A stretch of 64,000 bases of DNA. Origin: Clostridiales bacterium (GTDB taxonomy: Bacteria; Bacillota; Clostridia; Lachnospirales; Lachnospiraceae). Made by a program: the position numbers and the translations under genes. Where the stretch lies: contig JAHZAT010000024.1 in NCBI GenBank assembly GCA_019423795.1, positions 336 through 64,335 of the forward strand, in the 5' to 3' direction. The notes under the pieces were generated by a model that worked only from the letters and a program-made list of their open reading frames with translations, ran no database searches and was not told the DNA's origin. Positions 10,359-20,675 of the stretch are shown piece after piece (the stretch's first letter is position 1; every line of letters begins with the position of its first letter).

Positions 10359-10622
10359 AAAAAAAGAAAAGCCCCAAGCAAATATGCTTGAGGCGAATTA
10401 TCCGCGGTACCACTCAAATTGACACTAGCTGTGTCCACTTAAATCATATACTATCATATATGCCCACTCTGGTAACGGGTCGGGTGCCCGGCGATTCCTA
10501 CTTATTACTTTCAAAATCACCCTCGAAAGTCCATTCACCAGGGAAATCATACTGCAATCTCACCACCTGCAGCTCTCTTTGAATCATTCTGATCCTGCTT
10601 ACTACTCTTTCTCAACGGTTTC
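10359..10622 (-). promoter_or_regulatory. T-box riboswitch, probable Trp (UGG) specifier
   Basis: Minus strand: AGTA, AGAGAG and GGTGAGA stem I motifs; GAA-TGG-A specifier (TGG at 10533-10531); T-box AATTTGAGTGGTACCGCGG (10420-10402); terminator GCCTCAAGCA..TGCTTGGGGC followed by a U-tract. Confidence 0.92.
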
Positions 10623-10671
10623 TTTTCTATTTGTCTAAAATCATAATACTTTTATGGTTTGTTGTCAAGCA

Positions 10672-11313
10672 CTATTTGTAAAAAGAATGTCCTTGGTAAG
10701 TAAACAATCTGGTCAGTGCCTCATCAAACCATGAAACATTTTTGGGATTTGCCATCGTTTTTTCTACGAAATATAAGGCTCCTTCGGAATAGTCGATTCC
10801 ATCTTCTAATGCTTTTTTTACACTTCTTTTTGTACTCTTTGTGATATGAACCGATTCATATCTTCCATCAGCTGTCGGTGAAAACTGGACTTTCCCATAA
10901 ACTCTTTGAAACACAACGGCTTCGATCGAGTTTGGAAATTCTTTGCTCCTTACACGATTTAGAATTACATTTGCTACGAGTATCTTGCTTTTTTCATCTT
11001 TATCGGTTGCTTCTGCTTCTACGATCCTCTCAAGGATCGATCGTTCTCTTTGTGTGACTACATGTTCTGTTTTTGGAATATAGACGGGTTTGTCTTTGAT
11101 CTGCTGCTCTAGGTTCACTTTCGTCATAAGCTGTGCCTGCATCAGATACGCCCGTTGTTCTTCCAAAAGTCTTGTCTGCACCACTTGTTCTACTTTGGCA
11201 TTGGTTTTGGCTGGTAATCGTAAGAATTCTCCTGCGAATACATTTTGTCCAAAGCCACAAATGCCGATGGAACATAAGATGGCTGCGATTTCTATTTTCT
11301 TCTTCAATGTCAC
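10672..11313 (-). CDS. Cell wall hydrolase, SleB/CwlJ (Hydrolase_2) family
   Basis: LERIVEAEA, VANVILNRV, FPNSIEAVVFQ, QFSP, GALYF, GHSFY; N-terminal signal peptide. Confidence 0.88.
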   Translation of the reverse strand: MTLKKKIEIAAILCSIGICGFGQNVFAGEFLRLPAKTNAKVEQVVQTRLLEEQRAYLMQAQLMTKVNLEQQIKDKPVYIPKTEHVVTQRERSILERIVEAEATDKDEKSKILVANVILNRVRSKEFPNSIEAVVFQRVYGKVQFSPTADGRYESVHITKSTKRSVKKALEDGIDYSEGALYFVEKTMANPKNVSWFDEALTRLFTYQGHSFYK

Positions 11314-11332
11314 ATACGCTCCTTTAAGAAAG

Positions 11333-11362
11333 AGTATATGCAGTTATTTTTTGATTATTCAT
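11333..11362 (-). promoter_or_regulatory. Possible sporulation sigma (SigE-type) promoter
   Basis: CATATACT -10-like box, the same octamer as upstream of spoIVA. Confidence 0.35.
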
Positions 11363-11374
11363 GAATTTTCATAT

Positions 11375-11497
11375 CTACAACCTTTCCACTACCACTTTAC
11401 ATCTTTTCTTGCAAAATGCAATTCCATATGCAAGGATATCATTCCGCCCTTCATTGCGGAGTTTTTCGCCGTAACGGCGGTCGTGAATCTGGTTCAT
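11375..11497 (-). pseudogene. C-terminal remnant of an AAA-ATPase/PD-(D/E)XK nuclease gene
   Basis: Manual translation MNQIHDRRYGEKLRNEGRNDILAYGIAFCKKRCKVVVERL*; resembles the QI..R.Y...YGIAF..K.C C-terminus of this family. Confidence 0.6.
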
Positions 11498-11569
11498 CAC
11501 TTCATCTTAAGCACCTCACATTTCTTCCAATTAACAGTCAATATAAAATAACCATTTATATAAAAAGTA

Positions 11570-11619
11570 AAAACACCACTTCCCTGATAAATCAATTATA
11601 TCAGAAAAATGGTGTTTTC
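11570..11619 (-). terminator. Probable intrinsic terminator after nagB
   Basis: AAAACACCA..CTGATA / TATCAG..TGGTGTTTT imperfect hairpin. Confidence 0.55.
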
Positions 11620-11648
11620 ATCTACTTATTAAAACTTATTCCATCCAA

Positions 11649-12377
11649 TTATTTCATTAATGACATAGCAGCTTCATCAGCTACGATTGTTACGTCTGGA
11701 TGTAATCTTAAGATTGTTCCTGGTACTTTTGGAGAGATTGGTCCGCAGATTGTGTCTTTTAATGCCTGTGCTTTGTCTTCTCCGCTGACTACAACTAAGA
11801 TTTTCTTCGCACGCATGATTGTTCCGATTCCCATGCTGTATGCCTGTTTTGGTACATCATCTGCTGATTCGAAGAATCGTTTGTTGGCTTCAATTGTGCT
11901 TTCTTTTAAATCCACACAGTGTGTTGGCTCTACAAAGCTGTCTCCTGGTTCGTTAAATCCGATATGTCCATTTCTTCCTAATCCAAGAAGCTGAAGATCA
12001 ACTGTTCCTAAAGACTGTACTAATGCTTCATAACGTGCCGCTTCTTCTTCGCTGTCTAAGTTTGTTCCATCTGGTAAATGTGTATTTTCTGGTTTGATAT
12101 TTACTTTGTCAAACAGATTGTCATGCATGAAGTAGTAGTAGCTCTGTTTGTTTTCTTTTGGTAATCCTTTATATTCATCTAAGTTTACTGTTGTAACTTC
12201 AGAAAAATCTAATTCTCCTGCTTCATATTTTTTTACTAATTCTTCGTATGTTCCGATTGGTGAAGATCCTGTTGCAAGTCCTAACATGCAATCTGGTTTT
12301 AATGTTACGACAGATGCAATAATGTTTGCTGCCTGTTTGCTCATGTCTTCATAAGTTTTTGTTTCGATAATTCTCAT
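11649..12377 (-). CDS. nagB: Glucosamine-6-phosphate deaminase
   Basis: LGLATGSSP, NLDEY, GRNGHIGFNEP. Confidence 0.96.
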   Translation of the reverse strand: MRIIETKTYEDMSKQAANIIASVVTLKPDCMLGLATGSSPIGTYEELVKKYEAGELDFSEVTTVNLDEYKGLPKENKQSYYYFMHDNLFDKVNIKPENTHLPDGTNLDSEEEAARYEALVQSLGTVDLQLLGLGRNGHIGFNEPGDSFVEPTHCVDLKESTIEANKRFFESADDVPKQAYSMGIGTIMRAKKILVVVSGEDKAQALKDTICGPISPKVPGTILRLHPDVTIVADEAAMSLMK

Positions 12378-13195
12378 TTTCTTTCTCCTTTTAATGCTCG
12401 CACAGTATCATCGTGCATAGTTTCTTTTTTCTTTTTATCGTGTTCTAAGTAGTAGGAATATATCAGGTCTAACATGATCAGTATTGGAAACTGAGGTGAG
12501 ATAACATTTCCATGATCTAAGTATTTTCTTGATGCAATCAAGACTAACTCATCACAGATATTTTCATAATCATCTCTATTCTTTCCTGTGATCAAAATGG
12601 TGTCGGCTCCTCTTTTTTTTGATTCTTCGAGTAAATAAAATACATCTTCACTTTCTCCACTGATACTGATTCCAATCACAAGACAGCCTTCTTTTTGGAA
12701 TACTGCCTGCATTCTCATCAAATCTGGATCTTGAATGGAATTGATATCTACTCCAATCCTCATAAATCTTAAGCGCATTTCTCTTGCAGCAAGGCCGGAA
12801 CTTCCTTTTCCGCAGACAAATACTCTCCTTGCCTGTCCTAATTTCTCACAGATCCTTAGGATCTGTGCTTCGTCCATCAGGCTGTATGTCTTATTTAACA
12901 GTTCCTGGTAAGTGTTTAGAACCTGCCTTGTGTGTCCCGTGAGTTCTTTATTTTTCTCCTCAAATGTTTCCTCATATTGATAAATGAACTCACGGTATCC
13001 CCGATATCCGCATTTCTTTGCGAATCTCGATAAGGATGCTTCTGACACAAATAATCTTTTGGCAATCTCTTTGGCCGAAAAATCAACTTTCTTCTGATTC
13101 TTCATAAAGAAATCTGCAATTGTTCTTTCCAGTGCTGTAAAATTTTCATAATTGGATTCAATGATCGGTATCACTGATTTTACATAATAGTCCAT
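12374..13195 (-). CDS. MurR/RpiR family regulator (NanR-like)
   Basis: HTH (VSEASLSRFAKKCGYRGY) plus SIS domain (ISISGES). Confidence 0.92.
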   Translation of the reverse strand: MDYYVKSVIPIIESNYENFTALERTIADFFMKNQKKVDFSAKEIAKRLFVSEASLSRFAKKCGYRGYREFIYQYEETFEEKNKELTGHTRQVLNTYQELLNKTYSLMDEAQILRICEKLGQARRVFVCGKGSSGLAAREMRLRFMRIGVDINSIQDPDLMRMQAVFQKEGCLVIGISISGESEDVFYLLEESKKRGADTILITGKNRDDYENICDELVLIASRKYLDHGNVISPQFPILIMLDLIYSYYLEHDKKKKETMHDDTVRALKGERK

Positions 13196-13213
13196 CGTAT
13201 TGATCCTTTTTAT

Positions 13214-13900
13214 CTATTTGATCGCATCTGCAAATGTCTTTGTGATCAGCTGTGGTCTTGTAATTGCTGATCCTACAACTGCACAGTATGCTCCTAACTC
13301 TAACACTCTCTTTAATTTCTCTGGTGTGTTGATATTTCCTTCTGCAATGACTGGATGTTTTACTTTGGAAATGATGGTTCTTAAGATTTCAAAATCATTT
13401 TCATCAATCTTAAGATTTTTACTTTGTTTCGTATATCCAACCATGGTTGTTCCAATAAAATCAAATCCTAATTCATCTGCATGTAGTGCTTCTTCAATGG
13501 TTGAGCAGTCTGCCATTAACAGCTGGTCTGGATATTTTTCTTTGATCTGATGGAAAAATTTATCTAATGTCTGTCCGTTTGGACGACTGGAAATCGTTGC
13601 ATCTAATGCGATGATCTCTGGTTTTGCTTCCATTAGTTCATTGACCTCTTTGATCGTTGGTGTAATATAAATCTCACAGTCATCGTAATTTCTCTTGATG
13701 ATCCCGATCACTGGAAGATCTACCTGTGTTTTGATCTCTTTGATATCTTCTGGTGTATTTGCACGGATTCCTGATGCTCCGCCCTGTTTTGCAGCAAGTG
13801 CCATTCTTCCCATAATGAAAGAAGAGTGCAGGGGTTCATCTGGCAATGCCTGACATGATACGATCAGTTTTCCTTTTAAATTCTCAATTCTTGGATTCAT
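13214..13900 (-). CDS. nanE: N-acetylmannosamine-6-phosphate 2-epimerase
   Basis: [35 protein letters not shown]; start moved to MNPRIE (RBS AAGGGAG). Confidence 0.95.
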   Translation of the reverse strand: MNPRIENLKGKLIVSCQALPDEPLHSSFIMGRMALAAKQGGASGIRANTPEDIKEIKTQVDLPVIGIIKRNYDDCEIYITPTIKEVNELMEAKPEIIALDATISSRPNGQTLDKFFHQIKEKYPDQLLMADCSTIEEALHADELGFDFIGTTMVGYTKQSKNLKIDENDFEILRTIISKVKHPVIAEGNINTPEKLKRVLELGAYCAVVGSAITRPQLITKTFADAIK

Positions 13901-13982
13901 TTTAATTTCTCCCTTACGTGCTTTCGCTTTCAATACTTTTAGTATATCCATTTTAAAATTAATTTCAAGTTCTATTGATAAT

Positions 13983-14000
13983 TTTGAAAGTTCTTTCATA
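13983..14000. promoter_or_regulatory. Putative RpiR/NanR operator
   Basis: TTTGAAAGTTCTTTCATA palindrome (TGAAAG-N2-CTTTCA) upstream of nanE, similar to the streptococcal NanR box TCTGAAASTACTTTCARA as recalled. Confidence 0.6.
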
Positions 14001-14157
14001 GCTAGCTTAAAAACTTCCTTTTTTTACTGTTTTTCTTGTTATTTCTGCAATTCCTTTCAAGAATTTCTCCATTTTCTGAAAGAAATGAATTTTTCTATAA
14101 ACTAAAAAAGAAGCTGCAAGATTCCTCTCACAACTTCTCTGATATTTCTCTTATAAC

Positions 14158-14505
14158 GCTTAGCCAGACGATAAGCCGGGTTATGTCGTTGAATGGTCAT
14201 CTATCTCGACTTACTGTTACCAGCAAGCTCCAGCGACCCACCTGAAAACAGATCGGGCCAATCTATCGTTTTCATCTCGGTCTTGCTTCGGATGAGGTTT
14301 ACATATGCCCTGCCTGTTACCAGCCAGGCGGTAAGCTCTTACCTTACCATTTCACCCTTACCACTTATGTGGCGGTATATTTCTGTTGCACTAGCTTGAG
14401 GGTTGCCCCTACCGGACGTTATCCGGCATCCTGCCCTGTGAAGCCCGGACTTTCCTCACCGTTTCCCTTTCGTCTGAAACGGCGCGACCATTTGTCCGAC
14501 TAAGC
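14158..14505 (-). ncRNA. rnpB: RNase P RNA
   Basis: Minus strand GAGGAAAGTCCGGGC near the 5' end, GTGCAACAGAAA, GTAAACCTCATCCGAAGCAAG and 3' ACATAACCCGGCTTAT; the termini pair as P1. Confidence 0.96.
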
Positions 14506-14525
14506 GCCAATTATTATATCACATC

Positions 14526-16181
14526 TTACACGTCAAAGCAACTACCACCGATAAATTCTCTTAAAAGAGACGTCTTTGGAATTGCTTCGCTTGGAATATT
14601 TAAGAAATATTCTAAAAATTTTAATAGTCTTTTTGCTTCCTGGTACTCAGGACAATCTTTTGGAACTGCAAAAAGCAAAGGTTCCGCATATTGTTTCAGT
14701 ACCGCGATCTCATAGACTTGTGCAGAATTAAACATGACATCTGCTTCTTCCTGATATGGGAAGATATTGTCTTCTTCTCCCTTTCTTACGGAATCCCATC
14801 TGGAGATGGTCTCTCTGGCATCATTTCCTCTTGTCATCGCGTCTCTTACAATTCTTCGCAATAATCTTCCATCGGAACTTGGTATTCTGTTATGTTCATC
14901 CAAATTGATCTGATTTAATGCACTGACATAGATTCTGTATTTTGCATCTTCTGGAATCTCGTTTGTGAGAGTTCCATTTAATCCATGAATTCCTTCCATA
15001 ACGAGAACATCTTTTTGTCCAATCTTTAATTTGTGTCCATGATACTCTCTTTTTCCAGTAACAAAATTGTAACTTGGAACATCTACTTCTTCGCCATTTA
15101 ACAGCTGATTGATATGTTTTGTCAGAAGATTTACATCTAATGATGCAATTGTTTCAAAGTTATAATTTCCATTTTCATCTCTTGGTGAAAGTTCTCTGTC
15201 TAAGAAATAATCATCCATAGAAACTGGATGCGGTGTTAAGCCTGCAATCTCTAACTGAATAGACAGTCTGTGTGAAAATGTTGTTTTTCCTGAGGATGAA
15301 GGCCCTGCGATCAAAATGATCCGTTTGTTCTTGCTTACAATCTCATCTGAGATATCTGCAAGAAGCTTCTCCTGTAAACCTTCCTGTAATAAGATCAGGT
15401 GGTTAATATTGCCATATGTGATCTCGTCATTTAAAGCTCCAACAGTATCGACTCCCATTGTCTTTGTCCACTCTCTGGATCGCTGCATCACATGGAAGAG
15501 CTTTGGCTGCGGAGTAAACGGCACAATTTCTTCTGTCTGCTTCCGCTTTGGAATCTGAAGCACAACACCATGCTGATATACTGAAACTAAAAATGTAGGA
15601 ATGTACCCTGTTGATGGTGCCATATATCCGTAAAAATAATTATCATATCCATCCATAGAATAAATATTTGTCTTTGATTCTCTGCGGAATTTAAACAATT
15701 CTCTCTTGCCTTTAAGTCCAACACTGTCAAAATATCTTGATGCCTGATCGGTATCTAATGATCTTTTTGTAATCGGTAAATCTGACTCGTACAACTGCTC
15801 CATACGTTTTTGAATAGAATGTGCAAATTTATCATCTACTATCCGCTCCATGGAAGAGAAATCACAAAAGATACTGTTTCCAATAGAATAATCAATTGCT
15901 ATCTTCGTGCTTTCACCTTTTCCAAGAAGATCTTCACATGCCTTTAAAAATATAAAAGTCGCCGTACGTTTATACGCCATATATCCTGCTTGTTCTTTCA
16001 ATGTAACAAAACGTACATGACAGTCTTTTTTGATCTCTGTAAATAACTCTGTTAGTTTCCCATCCATGTAAGCGAGAAGGATCACTGGTTCCTCTTTTTT
16101 TTGCAGCTGTTTCGCAAGCTGTTCAAGTGTTGTTCCTTCTTCTACTTCATAAATAGACTGACCTGCTGTAACTTTGATCAT
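14526..16181 (-). CDS. Nucleoside (uridine) kinase with an N-terminal ThrRS/TGS-like domain
   Basis: AGPSSSGKTT, MDDYF, MEGIHGLN, RLLRRIVRD. Confidence 0.88.
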   Translation of the reverse strand: MIKVTAGQSIYEVEEGTTLEQLAKQLQKKEEPVILLAYMDGKLTELFTEIKKDCHVRFVTLKEQAGYMAYKRTATFIFLKACEDLLGKGESTKIAIDYSIGNSIFCDFSSMERIVDDKFAHSIQKRMEQLYESDLPITKRSLDTDQASRYFDSVGLKGKRELFKFRRESKTNIYSMDGYDNYFYGYMAPSTGYIPTFLVSVYQHGVVLQIPKRKQTEEIVPFTPQPKLFHVMQRSREWTKTMGVDTVGALNDEITYGNINHLILLQEGLQEKLLADISDEIVSKNKRIILIAGPSSSGKTTFSHRLSIQLEIAGLTPHPVSMDDYFLDRELSPRDENGNYNFETIASLDVNLLTKHINQLLNGEEVDVPSYNFVTGKREYHGHKLKIGQKDVLVMEGIHGLNGTLTNEIPEDAKYRIYVSALNQINLDEHNRIPSSDGRLLRRIVRDAMTRGNDARETISRWDSVRKGEEDNIFPYQEEADVMFNSAQVYEIAVLKQYAEPLLFAVPKDCPEYQEAKRLLKFLEYFLNIPSEAIPKTSLLREFIGGSCFDV

Positions 16182-16222
16182 ATACCATCACTTCTTTCTT
16201 TTTCATCAATAAACAAATTTAT

Positions 16223-17014
16223 TTAAAAAACTTTATATGGACTTCCTGCTTTATATGTAATCACTTCCAGATTTTCTGTCTGATCACAAAGGAATTGTTT
16301 CATATCATCAATAAATACATGTTCTAATCCATAATGTCCTGCATCGATCACGCACATTCCCATATCTATAGCATCAAGACCTTCATGATGTCCGATATCT
16401 CCAGTTAAAAATACATCAGCACCTGTCTGCTTAGCTGTGCTTATCATACTTCTTCCTGATCCTGGAACGATCGCGATCTTTGAAATCTTCGTATTTGAAT
16501 CACCAAATACCATAACACTTTCTAATGAAAATGCTTCTTTGACTTTCTTTGCGTACTCTCCAACAGTCACATCTCCTTCGATGTATGCTGTGATACCGAT
16601 TCCTTTTCCCTGTGCCTTTTCATTACCAGATGCACTATCTTCTACAGGTCCACATAGATTATTAAGTCCCAGACGTTCTACCATACGGTCTCCCATTCTG
16701 CATACATCATAACAAGTATGCATTCCATAAGCACAGATTCCATGACTGATCAGCTTCAAAAGTTTATTCTGAAGAAAATCATCACTGGTACATCTGCTGA
16801 TCTTTGAAAAGATCACGGGATGGTGTGCAAGGATAAAATCTACCTGCTCTTTGATCGCATATTCTACCACTTCATTTGTAATATCCAGAACAACTAAAAC
16901 TTTTTTAATCTCTTTTTCTTTATCTCCAACAAGAAATCCTGGATTATCCCAGCTTTCTGCTGTCTCTAATGGTACTTCCATCTCTAAAAGGTCGATCAGT
17001 TTTCTACAATTCAT
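16223..17014 (-). CDS. Nif3-like dinuclear metal centre protein
   Basis: WDNPG, HHPVIF, HTCYD, TGDIGHH, DAGHYGLE; start moved to MNCRK. Confidence 0.92.
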   Translation of the reverse strand: MNCRKLIDLLEMEVPLETAESWDNPGFLVGDKEKEIKKVLVVLDITNEVVEYAIKEQVDFILAHHPVIFSKISRCTSDDFLQNKLLKLISHGICAYGMHTCYDVCRMGDRMVERLGLNNLCGPVEDSASGNEKAQGKGIGITAYIEGDVTVGEYAKKVKEAFSLESVMVFGDSNTKISKIAIVPGSGRSMISTAKQTGADVFLTGDIGHHEGLDAIDMGMCVIDAGHYGLEHVFIDDMKQFLCDQTENLEVITYKAGSPYKVF

Positions 17015-17705
17015 AATAACAAAGTGCCTCCATGATATCTCCAAGTAAATCCTCTACTTCAGCTTTGCGTCTTTTAATATGTTCCTTTGAATCATCTGTA
17101 AGACTTTCTTTGATCTTTGAATATTTTATATATTCCTGATCCAGATACTCAAGAAGTACTGGATGTTTTGCAAGAATTAATTCTTCTCCAAAACGATAAA
17201 AACATTCTTTATTATAATGCTGTTTTCCATGAACTGCGCGGATCACAACATAATATTTTCCATCTTCTTTTAAAAACTCTTCCTCTAAGATGCGAAATCC
17301 ATGATCATTTAAGAAATGGCGGACTCTTTCTAAATGAGACTGTGGGGATAAGATCAGTTCTTTGACGTTTGCTAACTTATCAAAATCCTGTTCTAAAATC
17401 CTTACAACTAAGTCTCCTCCCATTCCTGCGATCACAACGGAATCCACTTCATCTTGCGGTAATTCATGCAATCCATCAGAAAGAATGCAGGAAATGGTTT
17501 CTCCTGCATTCTCTTCTTCAATATGTGCTTTTGCACGGCTTAATGGTTCTTTATTTACATCCATCGCATAGGCTCTCGGGCAGTTTCCATTCTTTGTTAA
17601 ATAGATTGGTATGTATCCATGATCTGTCCCGATGTCTGCCACAACATATCCTTCTGTGACAAATGATGCGATCGTCTCTAATCTGTTTGATAATTCCATA
17701 ATCAT
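17004..17705 (-). CDS. trmK: tRNA (adenine22-N1)-methyltransferase
   Basis: LSNRLETI, ADIGTDHGYIP, IAGMGG; conserved position after sigA. Confidence 0.92.
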   Translation of the reverse strand: MIMELSNRLETIASFVTEGYVVADIGTDHGYIPIYLTKNGNCPRAYAMDVNKEPLSRAKAHIEEENAGETISCILSDGLHELPQDEVDSVVIAGMGGDLVVRILEQDFDKLANVKELILSPQSHLERVRHFLNDHGFRILEEEFLKEDGKYYVVIRAVHGKQHYNKECFYRFGEELILAKHPVLLEYLDQEYIKYSKIKESLTDDSKEHIKRRKAEVEDLLGDIMEALCYYEL

Positions 17706-17708
17706 ACC

Positions 17709-18800
17709 TTAATCTAAATAATCTTTTAATTTTCTGCTGCGACTTGGATGTCTTAACTTGCGCAGTGCTTTTGCTTCGATCTGACGAATACGTTCTCTTG
17801 TAACGTTAAATTCTTTTCCGACTTCTTCAAGTGTTCTTGCTCTGCTGTCATCTAATCCAAAACGTAATCTTAAAACTTTCTGTTCTCTCTCTGTTAATGT
17901 TCCTAGTACCTCGTCTAACTGTTCTTTTAACAGTGTAAATGCTGCTGCATCCGCTGGTACTGGTACATTCTCATCCTGAATAAAATCTCCAAGATGACTG
18001 TCTTCTTCTTCACCAATTGGTGTCTCTAGTGATACTGGTTCCTGAGAAATCTTTAAAATCTCACGAACTCTTTCCACTGGGATATCCATCTCTGCTGCAA
18101 TTTCTTCTGGAGATGGTTCTCTTCCAAGCTCCTGAAGAAGCTGTCTGGATACACGGATCAATTTATTGATCGTTTCTACCATATGCACTGGAATACGGAT
18201 TGTTCTTGCCTGATCGGCAATTGCTCTTGTGATTGCCTGACGAATCCACCATGTCGCATAAGTACTAAATTTATATCCTTTACGATAATCAAATTTCTCC
18301 ACTGCTTTGATCAGACCTAAATTACCTTCCTGGATCAAGTCAAGGAAAAGCATTCCTCGTCCTACATAACGTTTTGCAATACTTACTACCAGACGAAGGT
18401 TTGCCTCAGCAAGTTTCTTCTTGGCTACTTCATCCCCTTCTTCCATTCTCTTTGCAAGTTTGATCTCTTCATCTGCACTAAGAAGTGGTACTTTACCAAT
18501 CTCTTTTAAGTACATACGAACTGGATCTTCAATGCTGACACCATCAGGAACGGCAATCTCTGTCTCATCCTCTATTGTATCATCGAGATCATCATCATCG
18601 TCTGCAACTGCGGCAAGAGTAAGTACATCGATTCCATTCTGTTCCAAATAATCATAAATTGCTTCCATCATATCGGAAGTCAATTTCATATCTTTGAAAT
18701 ATGAATCAATCTGTGCATACTCCAAAAAGTTTTTATTCTTTTTTCCTAATTCCACCAGACCTGCAAGTTTCTCGGTGAACTGTTCCATTGTACCTTCCAT
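17709..18800 (-). CDS. sigA: RNA polymerase primary sigma factor
   Basis: [43 protein letters not shown]. Confidence 0.98.
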   Translation of the reverse strand: MEGTMEQFTEKLAGLVELGKKNKNFLEYAQIDSYFKDMKLTSDMMEAIYDYLEQNGIDVLTLAAVADDDDDLDDTIEDETEIAVPDGVSIEDPVRMYLKEIGKVPLLSADEEIKLAKRMEEGDEVAKKKLAEANLRLVVSIAKRYVGRGMLFLDLIQEGNLGLIKAVEKFDYRKGYKFSTYATWWIRQAITRAIADQARTIRIPVHMVETINKLIRVSRQLLQELGREPSPEEIAAEMDIPVERVREILKISQEPVSLETPIGEEEDSHLGDFIQDENVPVPADAAAFTLLKEQLDEVLGTLTEREQKVLRLRFGLDDSRARTLEEVGKEFNVTRERIRQIEAKALRKLRHPSRSRKLKDYLD

Positions 18801-18836
18801 AATTCGTCCCTTTCTTCTCTTCCTATTTTAACCAAC

Positions 18837-20612
18837 CTATAATGAAATATGCAATTTTGCAAGGTTTGCTTTCTCCCTGATCAAATCCTGCCATTTCAAA
18901 ATATCATTTGTTGCGTTCATCTGTTGTTCAATGCTGTCTTCTTTTACTCTTCGCACAATATCATTCAACGCTTTATCACGATCTTCCGGTGATGGACTGA
19001 TCTTTAGTGTTGTATTAAATAATTCTGCGATCTTTTTCTGATCTTCTAGATCTGTATATTGATTTAATATCTTTCCTGGTATTACTGCCCCTTCTTCTGC
19101 ATATTGTTTAAAAAGCAGTAATGCCGCTCCATGATATATCTGTTCATAAAAATCATCTGGACCGATGATCCCATCCAGTTTTTCAAATAACTGTGGTTCA
19201 TTTACCATCCATGTAAGAAGAAGTTTCTGCGGCTGTTTCCTCTTTTCCTCTTTTGCTTCACTCTGCTGCAGCCTTCTCTCTGACTGTCTTGGCGTATTTT
19301 GCTGTCTCTGTGCTGTTGCATAACTGGAAGTTCCATAATAATTAACAAGTTCTTCCAAATCTTTTGCATCAATATAATATTCCCTTGATACAGCATCAAT
19401 ATAATTCTTACGTTCCAGACGTTCTTCAATTGTTGAAAGTAATTTTGCTGCTTCATGCTGAAATTTTGTCTTCTCCTCTGGATCGTTCTGATCATATCTT
19501 CCTGCAGCTACCTGTATCTGAAACATAAAACTGCTTGTTGCATGACTGATTCTTTCTTCCAAAGCTTCTCTTCCTAACCCTTTGATGAATTCATCTGGAT
19601 CTTTGTATGGTTTGAGATTTAATACACGAACTGTCAGTCCAGCTTCCTTAAGAATCGGAATTGCACGCAAAATAGCTCTTTGTCCTGCTTCATCGCTGTC
19701 AAAAGAAAGTATGACATTCTCTGTATAACGCTTAAGTAACGTTCCATGTCCACTAGTAAATGCAGTTCCAAGCGCAGCTACTGCATTTGTAAATCCCGCC
19801 TGATGCATAGATATAACATCCATGTATCCTTCACATAAAATAATCTCTTTCTTCCTTGAGCTTCTTGCAAAATTCAATCCATAAAGATTACGACTTTTAT
19901 CAAATAATGTGGTTTCTTTTGAATTTAAATATTTGGGCGAACCATTTCCCATAACTCTGCCTCCAAAACCAATCACACGATTATTGACATCCATGATTGG
20001 AAACATAACTCTGTTCCAGAACTTATCACTTCCGCCTCGTCGCTCATCGATCGTTACGAGTGCAGAATCTTTCAATTCTTCATCACTGTATCCTTTGCTT
20101 TTTAGAAAACGATACAGATCATCATTGTAAATATCTGCATATCCAAGTCCAAATCTCTTGATCGTCTCATCTGTGATCCCACGATTTTTCAAATACGCAA
20201 GTCCTTTCTGCCCTCGTTTGCTGTGAAGCAGATAATAGAAATAATTGGCAGAAAGTTTGTTCATCTCTCGAAGTCTGGCTTTCGCATCCATTGTTCGTTT
20301 AGCTTCTTCATTCAATTCTTCTTCTGGAAGCTCCATTCCAGCTCGTTCTGCCAGATATTTTAACGCTTCCGGAAAAGAAAAGTTCTCATATTCCATTAAA
20401 AAAGTAAAAACATTACCACCGGCACCACAGCCAAAACAGTAATACATCTGTTTATCCCGGCTCACAGAAAAAGAGGGCGATTTTTCATTGTGAAATGGGC
20501 ACAATCCGAAATAAGAACTTCCTTTTTTCTTTAGCGGTACGTACGTGGAGATGAGATCTACAATATCATTCCGGCTTCGCACCTCTTCTATGATTTCTTC
20601 TCCGTAAATCAA
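18837..20612 (-). CDS. dnaG: DNA primase
   Basis: CPFHNEKSPSF zinc finger, PKYLNS, EGYMDV, FDSDEAG. Confidence 0.98.
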   Translation of the reverse strand: MIYGEEIIEEVRSRNDIVDLISTYVPLKKKGSSYFGLCPFHNEKSPSFSVSRDKQMYYCFGCGAGGNVFTFLMEYENFSFPEALKYLAERAGMELPEEELNEEAKRTMDAKARLREMNKLSANYFYYLLHSKRGQKGLAYLKNRGITDETIKRFGLGYADIYNDDLYRFLKSKGYSDEELKDSALVTIDERRGGSDKFWNRVMFPIMDVNNRVIGFGGRVMGNGSPKYLNSKETTLFDKSRNLYGLNFARSSRKKEIILCEGYMDVISMHQAGFTNAVAALGTAFTSGHGTLLKRYTENVILSFDSDEAGQRAILRAIPILKEAGLTVRVLNLKPYKDPDEFIKGLGREALEERISHATSSFMFQIQVAAGRYDQNDPEEKTKFQHEAAKLLSTIEERLERKNYIDAVSREYYIDAKDLEELVNYYGTSSYATAQRQQNTPRQSERRLQQSEAKEEKRKQPQKLLLTWMVNEPQLFEKLDGIIGPDDFYEQIYHGAALLLFKQYAEEGAVIPGKILNQYTDLEDQKKIAELFNTTLKISPSPEDRDKALNDIVRRVKEDSIEQQMNATNDILKWQDLIREKANLAKLHISL

Positions 20613-20675
20613 TGCTTGTCCCTCCTTAAAAAATCCCTCTATAATATATTATTCTGCATCTTTTTTAATTTTCCT

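Noticed and set aside
11090..11994. Plus-strand ORFs of 153 and 192 aa, and the many other antisense ORFs in the track
   Set aside because: They are shadows of well-supported minus-strand genes.
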